Below are positions 9,516 to 17,966 of a stretch of 32,000 nt of DNA, piece after piece. The notes beneath the pieces are model-generated. The model ran no database searches and was not told where the DNA came from. It saw only the letters and a list, made by a program, of their open reading frames with translations. The translations under genes and the position numbers were made by a program. Positions within the stretch are counted from its first letter, which is position 1; every line of letters starts with the position of its first letter. The stretch covers positions 5,136 through 37,135 of the forward strand of contig CAYRPF010000018.1 in assembly GCA_964426185.1 (NCBI GenBank), read 5' to 3'. Origin of the DNA: an uncultured archaeon (GTDB lineage: Archaea > Asgardarchaeota > Lokiarchaeia > Sigyniarchaeales > Promethearchaeaceae).

Positions 9516-10139
9516 ATGATATGTGATCGGTATATGAATTCATCTGATAAACCAGAAAATAAGAAACCATTTGTCTATATTGGCGATGAACTGGGCCACA
9601 CCGAAGAGTATCTGGGAGATTCGTCTACTACATATACAGAAAATGGTAAAATATATGCTGCAATTGCTGGGTTTTTGAGTATTGATGAAAAAAATCGACA
9701 AATCTACATTGAAGGAAGTTATACTGAGCGTCAAAAAACCCCTCTTCCAGGAGATATAGTTATGGGTGTGGTTTATTCCATCCGAAAAACTTCTGTGGGA
9801 ACCAAGATAAATACTATCAATAACTTAGTGGTAGTAGATATGGGATTGATCGGTAATGTTCATGTGTCCAATGTATCGAAATCTTATGTAGATAAACTGG
9901 ATGAAATTTTTGAGAAAAATGACATTGTTCGAGCCAAAATTATACGACAGGAAGGAAGAGAATTTCAGATAACATTAGTCGACAACAATCTTGGTGTGAT
10001 TAAATCCTTTTGCAAGTACTGTGGGCATGAAATGAAGCGTAAAAATAAAACTCAAGTTCGTTGTCCGTTTTGTGGAAATGTGCAACGGAAAATAATGGCA
10101 AATGACTACGGTGAGTTTGAAGAAGTGTTACACTTCTAA
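9516..10139 (+). CDS. csl4: Exosome complex RNA-binding protein Csl4
   Basis: N-terminal EEY..G..YA domain, S1 domain (HVSNVS..DIVRAKI), zinc ribbon CKYC..CPFCG..RK. Confidence 0.93.
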   Translation: MICDRYMNSSDKPENKKPFVYIGDELGHTEEYLGDSSTTYTENGKIYAAIAGFLSIDEKNRQIYIEGSYTERQKTPLPGDIVMGVVYSIRKTSVGTKINTINNLVVVDMGLIGNVHVSNVSKSYVDKLDEIFEKNDIVRAKIIRQEGREFQITLVDNNLGVIKSFCKYCGHEMKRKNKTQVRCPFCGNVQRKIMANDYGEFEEVLHF

Positions 10140-10165
10140 AAAACAAAAAAACGAGGAAAATCGTA

Positions 10166-10405
10166 ATGGCACGCACCGGAAAGAAAACCATCTTAATTCA
10201 AGTTTCAGCAGTTGATGAAATTGAGGATATGATAGAATATGCCCAAAAGCGCGCAGATAATGCTGGATTAAAGATCAGCGTAGATTACACCCATGACATT
10301 GGTTTAAAATTGATTGTTGCAGGACCGCGGGACAAAATTCAACTATATGAACATCAAATCCGAGATGCTCAGAGAGAGATGGAACAAGAGAACGATTTGC
10401 AATAA
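10166..10405 (+). CDS. Small protein resembling the N-terminal domain of DUF2067
   Basis: Position between csl4 and rpoL; MARTGKKTILIQV..LKLIVAGPRDKI resembles recalled DUF2067 N-termini. Confidence 0.55.
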   Translation: MARTGKKTILIQVSAVDEIEDMIEYAQKRADNAGLKISVDYTHDIGLKLIVAGPRDKIQLYEHQIRDAQREMEQENDLQ

Positions 10406-10470
10406 TTTTTTTATAAATTCTGATTTTGAAGCGATATTACTTAACATCAATTCTACTATTCCTTATTTCA

Positions 10471-10842
10471 TTATTCTAATGGGGATTGACAGCTTTTGCA
10501 GAATTTTTCTCCTTTAAGATTGTGTTCTCCACAATAGGGACAAATTATCTTTGGTAATTCGGAATTTGTCTCAGTTAACGGCATATCATAGGTGGCATCA
10601 TACATATCGAAACTTTTCCCTCTTTTAATCCGGCCTATGGTTAACAAAATCATACCTATTACTAGAAAAATGAACGCTCCGAAAAAGAAGGGAAACATCA
10701 AAAACACATTTTTAGTGAATATCGGAACCAAAACGCTGCTAAAAAACATAAAAATACCTAGTATAACTACTATTATTCCAATTATTACTCTGGTTGAACT
10801 CCCAGAAGTGGATTTTCCAAATCGATATTGCGAATTTCTCAT
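10471..10842 (-). CDS. Two-TM membrane protein with C-terminal zinc ribbon
   Basis: Two hydrophobic segments; CPYCG..FCKSC. Confidence 0.8.
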   Translation of the reverse strand: MRNSQYRFGKSTSGSSTRVIIGIIVVILGIFMFFSSVLVPIFTKNVFLMFPFFFGAFIFLVIGMILLTIGRIKRGKSFDMYDATYDMPLTETNSELPKIICPYCGEHNLKGEKFCKSCQSPLE

Positions 10843-10927
10843 ATGAATTAACTATTATCCATATCGTACAAATTCATAAATTTTTTTTGAAATGCTTTGC
10901 TACTTATGTTGTTGGTGTAAAGTTTTC

Positions 10928-11374
10928 ATGGGAAAAAAAAAGTCACTTGAGGAAGAATTGGATGGAGATTTTTTAAGCGTAGATAAAGATTCGGATGAAA
11001 ATATCGAAGAAGATGTTCCCTCTGATCAATCCAAAGAAGAACTCGCTGAAATACTCTCTTCTCAGCTTGGAGAAGAAATTCCTCAACGAGATTACAAATA
11101 TCTAAAAATCCATATTGAACAAGAAAGCGAATTTGAATATTACGTTATCGTTGAGCATCAATCCCACGGATTGATGAATTATATGGTCTCAAAAATGTTA
11201 AAATGCAGCGGGGTGGAATTTTGCGCCTATAAACAAACTAGTTTTGATCCCCCCAAAATGTATGTGCGATTAAATTCTTTTCGTGATATCAAAAGTGTTT
11301 TACGCGAAGCTCTGACGAAAATGAAGACAGAATGGAAGGGAATGAAAAACGCAGTGGCAGCCATGAAATTATAA
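10928..11374 (+). CDS. rpoL: RNA polymerase subunit Rpo11 (L), divergent, with acidic N-terminal extension
   Basis: QSHGLMNYM..VEFCAYK resembles EDHTLGN..VEFAGY; synteny with csl4; ATG at 10928 preferred to 10892. Confidence 0.75.
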   Translation: MGKKKSLEEELDGDFLSVDKDSDENIEEDVPSDQSKEELAEILSSQLGEEIPQRDYKYLKIHIEQESEFEYYVIVEHQSHGLMNYMVSKMLKCSGVEFCAYKQTSFDPPKMYVRLNSFRDIKSVLREALTKMKTEWKGMKNAVAAMKL

Positions 11375-11425
11375 ATTTCGCCCTAAAGCGATTCGGTTTG
11401 AATTTTTTCCTCCATTTTTTTTAGT

Positions 11426-11596
11426 CTATTCATTAAAGAGAATTTTTGGGCTAAATCGGTGCGGAACAATGGTAATTCCTAAGATTTCTGCTTTATTTCT
11501 GATAATAATATATGCCTGACGTCGATGTGATTTGCAAAATATCGGTTTACGAATTGACTTGAAATAGATGCTTAAGGTAGTGTACGTTTTGCTCAT
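11426..11596 (-). CDS. Putative 56-aa basic small protein (not in ORF track)
   Basis: ATG..TAG ORF MSKTYTTLSIYFKSIRKPIFCKSHRRQAYIIIRNKAEILGITIVPHRFSPKILFNE in the rpoL-RNase III gap. Confidence 0.35.
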   Translation of the reverse strand: MSKTYTTLSIYFKSIRKPIFCKSHRRQAYIIIRNKAEILGITIVPHRFSPKILFNE

Positions 11597-11768
11597 AATT
11601 TTCAACTAAATTGCCACAAATAATTTTTTGAATGATAATTTCAGAATAATTTAAAAAATAAAGCTTCTCTTAATTGATCCCTATCCTTAAAAATAGTCTA
11701 AAAATACTAAAAAAAATTCTTAATTCCAAATCTTTTTCATAGTTAGAGTGCTCTATTTATTCAATACC

Positions 11769-12272
11769 ATGGTAGAACCAATGCCCGATAAGCCGGAGCC
11801 GGATAACTCCCAGAAACTTTTACTCTCTGAAGAATTAAACTCCATTCGTAAAAGTTTGCAAATTAACAGCTTAAAGGATATAGGAATCAATAAATCCTTA
11901 GCGAAATTTGGAGACGCAATAACGAACACCATTTATACTATTGCAAAAACTGCTGTTCTCGGCCAATTCACCCAAAGAAAGGTAAATAGAACCATTCTTT
12001 CCCATGCTTTGAAAAATGCAGAGATGAAACTATATGGAAAAACACGGTCGGATGCTCATGCTATGGCGGATACCACTGAAGCATTTATTGGATTTGTTTA
12101 CTGCGAAGATGGATGGACAATTGAATCGATGGGCTCAATATTGATAGAAACACTTAAGAAATTTGACTTAAACGACTCAATGATGGAAACTCAAGCAGCA
12201 ATTGAAGCTTTTACTGTGTTATTAAGGAAAATTAAAAAATATCTTGTTGAAAAATATCAGTGGGAAAATTGA
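11769..12272 (+). CDS. Archaeal ribonuclease III family protein (stand-alone nuclease domain)
   Basis: LAKFGDAITN and ADTTEAFIG motifs; no dsRBD; typical rpoL neighbour; ATG 11769 (track start 11748 is GTG). Confidence 0.8.
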   Translation: MVEPMPDKPEPDNSQKLLLSEELNSIRKSLQINSLKDIGINKSLAKFGDAITNTIYTIAKTAVLGQFTQRKVNRTILSHALKNAEMKLYGKTRSDAHAMADTTEAFIGFVYCEDGWTIESMGSILIETLKKFDLNDSMMETQAAIEAFTVLLRKIKKYLVEKYQWEN

Positions 12273-12892
12273 AACGAAAAAGTTGCATCTTGGCTTTTGA
12301 TGATGGAAAACATGAAAAATCCGATTTAATGCGTTATCGTCCTCAAGTAGATCCTGATTCTTCACATATGACCGACCTTATTGGAGTAATTACCAAAGGT
12401 CTGCAATTGATGCATGTGTCCAGCACTCGGATAACCGTGGATGGGAGTGATTCGACTACTAAAATCCTTGAATTAATCCAATCTAATCCGTATAGAAATG
12501 AAATTAAACTCATTTTGATTGATTCTCCATGTGTCGCAGGCTTCAATATTCCAAATCCGTTTATCATTTATGAAAAAACCCAAATCCCGATTTTGCTCAT
12601 TCCCAGTAATCATCCTACACATATCATCGGAGATGTTTTTGAAAAAGTATTTCCCAACCGATTAGATGAATTGGTAGTATTGAAAAATCTTCCTCCTTTA
12701 GAAACCCTAAATGTAAAGGTCAATATTTCTCCTGAATTGTCAAAAAATGTGTGTTTTCATCCAATTGGTATATCAAAATCAGAAGTGATTGATTTACTGC
12801 ACTTTTTAACCCATTATTCCTCAGTTCCTGAGCCATTACGGCTCGCACATTTAATCGCTTCACGATTTAAATTGAAACATGATGCCGCTTGA
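12260..12892 (+). CDS. DUF99 family (endonuclease V-like) protein
   Basis: ILAFDDG, ITVDGSDST, AGFN, PEPLRLAHLIA; overlaps upstream gene by 13 nt. Confidence 0.85.
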   Translation: MGKLKRKSCILAFDDGKHEKSDLMRYRPQVDPDSSHMTDLIGVITKGLQLMHVSSTRITVDGSDSTTKILELIQSNPYRNEIKLILIDSPCVAGFNIPNPFIIYEKTQIPILLIPSNHPTHIIGDVFEKVFPNRLDELVVLKNLPPLETLNVKVNISPELSKNVCFHPIGISKSEVIDLLHFLTHYSSVPEPLRLAHLIASRFKLKHDAA

Positions 12893-12952
12893 TAAAATTA
12901 GAAGGAGAAAGAAAGATATTAAAAAATGAGAATGAAAAAATTTAAAATCGAT

Positions 12953-13423
12953 CTATTGCAAATGACGTTCGATGATTTGCCGAAGCTTGCTTTTATTTTG
13001 CTCATTGATTCCCACCATTCCATAGGTAGGAACCCCTAATGCCGCTTCAATTGAACTTGGATCCATCCGATCATCCAAATCTTGCTTGTTCGCAATTGCT
13101 ATGACTTTTGCAGCATTTTTAGTCAAATGACGTTCCAACAAGTCCTTTGTAAGCATCACGTTCTTCGTAGTTGAATCCGTCACAACTATTGTCAATTTGG
13201 AACCGCGCAAAAATTCATCCCAAAGAAATTGAAATCTTCGTTGACCCGCTAAATCCCAAACACACATGTTTCCTAATGCCGTCGGGACTTTAGAGATTTC
13301 GACCCCAATGGTCGGTTTTCGTTCGTCGAGGTCGTGTTTTTCTTTCAGGAGTTTGGTGAGGGTCGTTTTACCGACATTAGCTTCGCCGATTAACACAGCT
13401 TTATATGCATTCATATTTTTCAC
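12953..13423 (-). CDS. Small Ras-superfamily GTPase (Arf/Rab-like, Asgard type)
   Basis: G1 GEANVGKT, G2 PTIG, G3 WDLAGQ, G4 NKQD; start GTG 13423 or ATG 13414. Confidence 0.92.
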   Translation of the reverse strand: MKNMNAYKAVLIGEANVGKTTLTKLLKEKHDLDERKPTIGVEISKVPTALGNMCVWDLAGQRRFQFLWDEFLRGSKLTIVVTDSTTKNVMLTKDLLERHLTKNAAKVIAIANKQDLDDRMDPSSIEAALGVPTYGMVGINEQNKSKLRQIIERHLQ

Positions 13424-13608
13424 CGAGAAATGTATTATGGTTAAGAAGAAAATAGGGCTTGATGTTAATCAAATGGAATAATACAAGCTTGCCATTGGGA
13501 TAATACATGCATATTATGTGTGATTATTTGTAAATCGAAAATTAAGAAGTTAAGAAGTAAAATGGTGCAATAGGGAAAGAATAAAAAGCATGTAGTAAAG
13601 GCGAATAT

Positions 13609-14415
13609 ATGGTTGACATAAAAATTCTGCCCATAAAGCCTCAAACTGACCAAATCTTCTGGAATTATATAAAAAGGCGTGAAGATGAATTTTTCTTTTA
13701 TTTGCTGGATTATAAACAATATCCCCAAAACACTCAGTTATTCGCGGCTGTGGATGTTAACGAGAAAATTCATGGCTTATTTATCATCTGGCGTAATCAA
13801 ACCATTCAACTTCGAGGATCCTGTGAAGCTGCCGAAATATTTCTCGATTATTTGAAAAAACAATTAATTGATATTCGCGAAATCACCGGAACCATGGAAC
13901 ACAAAGAATTGTTAGAAAGGAATTTTCCTTCTTTCAAGCTAACTTTTAATTTATATCGGATGGTTCTAAATAAAGGAGAAGAGAAAATACCAGAAAAGCT
14001 CGAAAGAAGATTTTCCCCTGAAATTTTGGAATCCAGTCCCGCTTCTAAGGAAAAAATCGCGGCTTTCCTCCGTAAAGTAGATCCTATTTTCTGGGGAGAA
14101 TATTCTGCAGCGGATATTACTATGGATGATAATCATCTTTATTTGGCAATTTTGGACAAAAACAGAGAATTTATCAGTTTAGCAGGGCTTTGGATTGATG
14201 AACAAATAGGGATTATAAGTATAATTGGCACCGATCCAGATTTTCGCAATCAAGGATATGCAACCTCAATTGTTGCGAGTAGTGTGCAATTTCTTTTCAA
14301 GCATACAAATATCATTCTTATTCATGTTCGCACTGACAACCCATCTGCAGTGCACGTTTATCAAAAAGTGGGATACAAAGCAAAATATGAATACATCGTG
14401 ATTAAAATGAGATGA
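13609..14415 (+). CDS. GNAT family N-acetyltransferase
   Basis: TDPDFRNQGYA acetyl-CoA motif; NPSAVHVYQKVGY. Confidence 0.9.
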   Translation: MVDIKILPIKPQTDQIFWNYIKRREDEFFFYLLDYKQYPQNTQLFAAVDVNEKIHGLFIIWRNQTIQLRGSCEAAEIFLDYLKKQLIDIREITGTMEHKELLERNFPSFKLTFNLYRMVLNKGEEKIPEKLERRFSPEILESSPASKEKIAAFLRKVDPIFWGEYSAADITMDDNHLYLAILDKNREFISLAGLWIDEQIGIISIIGTDPDFRNQGYATSIVASSVQFLFKHTNIILIHVRTDNPSAVHVYQKVGYKAKYEYIVIKMR

Positions 14416-14627
14416 TATTTGAAAATTCTCGTCTTTTCCTTATATGTGCTACATGGTAAAGGCTGGGAAATATTCCGCAGGATAGAATTCTTCAAGTTTG
14501 CATGGAAAAAAAAATAGATTGATTCATTCGGTTATAGGTGCAGATTTTTTAAATTTTCTGAAATACACCATGCCAACTGGGTTAGAAGCAGATTTGATTT
14601 GATTTCATATATAACTGAATTTTTAAC

Positions 14628-14654
14628 ATCTATATATAAATATTATATGTAGAT
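14628..14654. promoter_or_regulatory. Inverted repeat, candidate operator
   Basis: ATCTATATATAA-ata-TTATATGTAGAT (11/12 symmetric); ATATGTAGAT recurs near 14717. Confidence 0.4.
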
Positions 14655-14796
14655 TTCTTTGACAAACCTCATTTTTGTTCGAAAGACGAATCAGCAAGAT
14701 TTATATAATCGCATCAATATGTAGATAATATATAGAATTCATATTGATCTATTTTCAGATCGATATATAGAAGAAAATAACAAGGAAGTAACAAGT

Positions 14797-15912
14797 ATGC
14801 AAATCTTATTGACTGGTGCTTTTGGAAATGTTGGTATGAGCGTTCTCTCTGAACTGCTAAATAGAGGTTTTTTTGTGCGGATTTTTGAACTACCTTCCAA
14901 ACGTAATAAAAAAATTGCTGTTGAAGTCGTAAAATCTCATAGTGTTGAAATTTTCTGGGGTGATTTACGAAATTATGATGATGTGGTGAAAGCCGTTGAA
15001 GGTGTTGATTATGTCCTACACATTGGTGCTATTATTCCACCAATGGCCGATAAATTTCCCAAATTAGCTGAAACCGTGAATGTAGGTGGAACTAAAAACA
15101 TACTAACTGCAATTAAAGCTCAGAAAAATCATCCTCGAATTCTCTATACTTCAAGTATTAGTGTTTATGGTGATCGGCGTAATAATCCTTGGATAAGAAC
15201 AACCGATCCGCTTATTCCAAGCCCAAAGGATATATATGGTCATCAAAAAATGCAAGCAGAGCTAATGATTCGCAATTCAGGCTTGGAATGGTGTGTATTT
15301 CGTTTAACTTACATTACTTCTATGGATAAACTCGATTTAGATCCTCTTATGTTTGAAATGCCTTTGGAAACCTGCATTGAAATATGTGACACTAAAGATG
15401 TTGGTTTGGCAGTTGCCAATACAATTGAAAACGAAAAAATTTGGGGCAAGAAAAAAATTTTCAATATCGGAGGCGGCCCTGCTTGTCGAACCACATTTGG
15501 CGAATATCTAATCACCATGTTGGAATTATTCGGATTAGGGAAAGATATTTTACCAGCAGATGCATTTTCACATGAAGAATTTCATTGTGGTTGGTTGGAT
15601 ACAACCGAATCTCAAAAATTGCTGCAATACCAGCGTACAACATTAGAATCATATTATAAAGAGGTAAAAAAGAAGGCAATGTACACCCGATTTTTTGCTA
15701 CTCTGTTCCGTCCGCTGGCTAAGGCAATCATTCTTCGTCGTTCTCCCTATTTCCGCAACTTAAATAAAAAGAAGAAAATTCGTTCTCGAAAATTGTTAAG
15801 TATTGGAGAATATCTACGGAAAATCAATCGTATTACCTCAGAGATTATGAAATCCACGCCAAGTAATTCCGTCTCTGCCAAGAAAAATCAACCAGATATC
15901 TCTCAGAAGTAG
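14797..15912 (+). CDS. Extended SDR / NAD-dependent epimerase-dehydratase
   Basis: TGAFGNVG, GDL, YGHQK (YxxxK); basic C-terminal tail. Confidence 0.9.
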   Translation: MQILLTGAFGNVGMSVLSELLNRGFFVRIFELPSKRNKKIAVEVVKSHSVEIFWGDLRNYDDVVKAVEGVDYVLHIGAIIPPMADKFPKLAETVNVGGTKNILTAIKAQKNHPRILYTSSISVYGDRRNNPWIRTTDPLIPSPKDIYGHQKMQAELMIRNSGLEWCVFRLTYITSMDKLDLDPLMFEMPLETCIEICDTKDVGLAVANTIENEKIWGKKKIFNIGGGPACRTTFGEYLITMLELFGLGKDILPADAFSHEEFHCGWLDTTESQKLLQYQRTTLESYYKEVKKKAMYTRFFATLFRPLAKAIILRRSPYFRNLNKKKKIRSRKLLSIGEYLRKINRITSEIMKSTPSNSVSAKKNQPDISQK

Positions 15913-15981
15913 TTATTCATTTTTTTTCCAATTTACCAAAATTGCATTATGCTTGATTGAGAATATGATAGCATTCCGTAA

Positions 15982-16086
15982 TTCAACCCGATCATTGTGA
16001 ACATTGTAATGTCGTTTTACAGTCAATCCTTTGGTGTTTGAAAGTATTGTAAACCACTCAATACTACTAGTAATTAACGGGTTGAA
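15982..16086. ncRNA. Candidate structured element upstream of psmB
   Basis: 9-bp closing stem TTCAACCCG/CGGGTTGAA enclosing two 7-bp hairpins. Confidence 0.4.
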
Positions 16087-16155
16087 AATTTAGGTAATTT
16101 TTCTTAATAAAAAATAATTTAAAATTTCGTTCATAAAGGTGTATTGTAGATAATA

Positions 16156-16812
16156 ATGATTAGAGATGCTGAAAACAAGAGTAGCGAAGCTCAAAAATTA
16201 GAAATGTTGAAGACAGGGACGACTACTATTGGTATGGTTATTAAAGATGGGGTTATTTTAGCCACTGAATCACAAGCCACCGCTGGTTTTTTCGTTGCAA
16301 CGAAAGAAGCTCAGAAGCTCTTTAAAATCAATGAACATTGTGGTATGACTATTGCTGGTGGAGTTGCTGATTGTCAATATATGGTCGGACAAGCTCAAGC
16401 AATCAGCCGTTTAATGGAAATTCAGCACGATGGAAAAGAACCTACCACTTCCTATATTGCAAATATAATTCGTAACATCGCATTTAATGGTCGTTCCTAT
16501 TTCTATTCTTTTATGATAGTTGGAGGATATGACACTAAAGAAAAGCGCGGGAAAATTTTTCCGATAGATTTTATCGGTTATATGGCCGAACAAGAAGATT
16601 TCGCCAGTTTAGGCTCAGGATCTTCATTTGCTTTGGGTGTCTTGGAAGCGAATTATAAACAAAACATGAGCGAAAAGCAAGGAATCGAATTGGTAAGACA
16701 AGCTTTGACGGCGGCTAAAAATCGTGATGCAGGTTCCGGTTACGGAATGCAGATTTGTATCATTACAAAGAAAGGTTTCAAAGCAATAGAGGGTCCGTTA
16801 GCTTTAAAATAA
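16156..16812 (+). CDS. psmB: 20S proteasome beta subunit
   Basis: Propeptide then KTG|TTT autoprocessing site; IAGGVAD, GSGS, RDAGSG. Confidence 0.97.
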   Translation: MIRDAENKSSEAQKLEMLKTGTTTIGMVIKDGVILATESQATAGFFVATKEAQKLFKINEHCGMTIAGGVADCQYMVGQAQAISRLMEIQHDGKEPTTSYIANIIRNIAFNGRSYFYSFMIVGGYDTKEKRGKIFPIDFIGYMAEQEDFASLGSGSSFALGVLEANYKQNMSEKQGIELVRQALTAAKNRDAGSGYGMQICIITKKGFKAIEGPLALK

Positions 16813-16966
16813 ACGCGTTTTTATCACAGTTTGATTTATTTTTCTTCACTGTTTTTCTCAACACAAACTCAAATATTTTCAATTTTTTACTAATTCTGGT
16901 TTATTTTAATAATTTTTCTGCTCGAATTCTATAAATCTTGTATTTTTTAAATTGCTGTGCATAGTG

Positions 16967-17020
16967 ATGGCCAAGAAGATAGAGATTCGCATTGGATCAA
17001 TCAAAATTCGGATTTTTTAA
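16967..17020 (+). CDS. Putative 17-aa micropeptide MAKKIEIRIGSIKIRIF
   Basis: ATG..TAA; TATAAAT at ~16930 upstream; patterned beta-hairpin-like sequence. Confidence 0.4.
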   Translation: MAKKIEIRIGSIKIRIF

Positions 17021-17054
17021 ATAACAAAATAAAGAGGAAGTTGAGGTGATAATT

Positions 17055-17087
17055 ATGCTACCAAATGCTGAACCGATTCCAAATTAA
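17055..17087 (+). CDS. Putative 10-aa micropeptide MLPNAEPIPN
   Basis: GAGGTGAT Shine-Dalgarno at 17043-17050, ATG at 17055, TAA at 17085-17087. Confidence 0.45.
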   Translation: MLPNAEPIPN

Positions 17088-17117
17088 GTTAAAATTGCAA
17101 TGAAATTATTATAATTC

Positions 17118-17146
17118 GGGTGAATTAAAAAGACACCTTTTTTTTT
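17118..17146 (+). terminator. Weak hairpin plus T9 terminator candidate
   Basis: GGGTG..CACC followed by nine T. Confidence 0.5.
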
Positions 17147-17410
17147 CTACTTTTATTTAGTAAAAATGATTGAATTTTCTTTTTGTCGTTCAATTGAATT
17201 GAAAGAAATTCAGGGATTACGCCCCTTGAATTATACTTAGAATGAATTTTCTTTAAAAATTTTCTTTTGCTAGTCGTGGTGTTTTGTGGGAATTGAGAAT
17301 TAGTAATTGATTTACTATGTCTTAGTAAAGTATAATGTCAGAGTTTGGGCAAAACGGGATGAAAGTTAGGATGTAAATCAACTATGGGAGAAGTAAGAAA
17401 AAAAAGTTAT

Positions 17411-17944
17411 TCACTTTGTATAATTTAATTTGTATCGCTCCAGAGGCAAAATTACCATTTGGGCTTTTCCTTTGACATTTATTACAGGATTAGGATCTAA
17501 AACCCCATTATCGGATGAAAAAATCTTTCCATATACTTGAACTTCAAATTTTTTTTGTGATATATCGATATTCTGCTCTAAATTTATCTCCCCTTGAATA
17601 TAGATGTATTGTTCGATTAGTACAGGTTTAAGATACCGTAAGCTGAGTTCTTTAGTTACTCCATATCTCTTAAACTTACGATAGACTGTATGAGCCATTA
17701 CCTCATCCAATAAAGTAGCAAGGATTCCACCATGAGCATATCTAGGAAAACCACAAAAATCATAAAAAACTTTGAATTTAGAAAATACTTTATTTGAATA
17801 TTCTGGGGAAGAAGAAGAAAAAAACCGCAAATGCAATCCAACTGAATTTTTCTGTGAGCAAGCAAAACAATGGTGATCTATTCCAGGAGGAACATCTACA
17901 TGAATTTCTTCCATACCTATCTTTAAAAATTCATTGTATTGCAA
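17411..17944 (-). CDS. PaaI-family (hotdog) thioesterase
   Basis: CFAC..N..GL, HGGILATLLDE, LRYLKPV; GGAGG SD at 17955-17959 before TTG start. Confidence 0.9.
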   Translation of the reverse strand: MQYNEFLKIGMEEIHVDVPPGIDHHCFACSQKNSVGLHLRFFSSSSPEYSNKVFSKFKVFYDFCGFPRYAHGGILATLLDEVMAHTVYRKFKRYGVTKELSLRYLKPVLIEQYIYIQGEINLEQNIDISQKKFEVQVYGKIFSSDNGVLDPNPVINVKGKAQMVILPLERYKLNYTK

Positions 17945-17966
17945 TTGATTTCATCCTCCTGTTTAA

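Noticed and set aside
10892-10927. Cys-rich N-terminal extension MLCYLCCWC on rpoL
   Set aside because: More likely promoter/UTR; ATG at 10928 gives a more plausible start.
13465-13728. 87-aa minus-strand ORF upstream of the GTPase
   Set aside because: Overlaps the GNAT start antisense, low-complexity hydrophobic composition, not roadblock-like.
15982-16086. tRNA interpretation of the structured element (GACTGTAAA on minus strand)
   Set aside because: No T-loop GTTCRA in position, no D-loop, wrong arm geometry.
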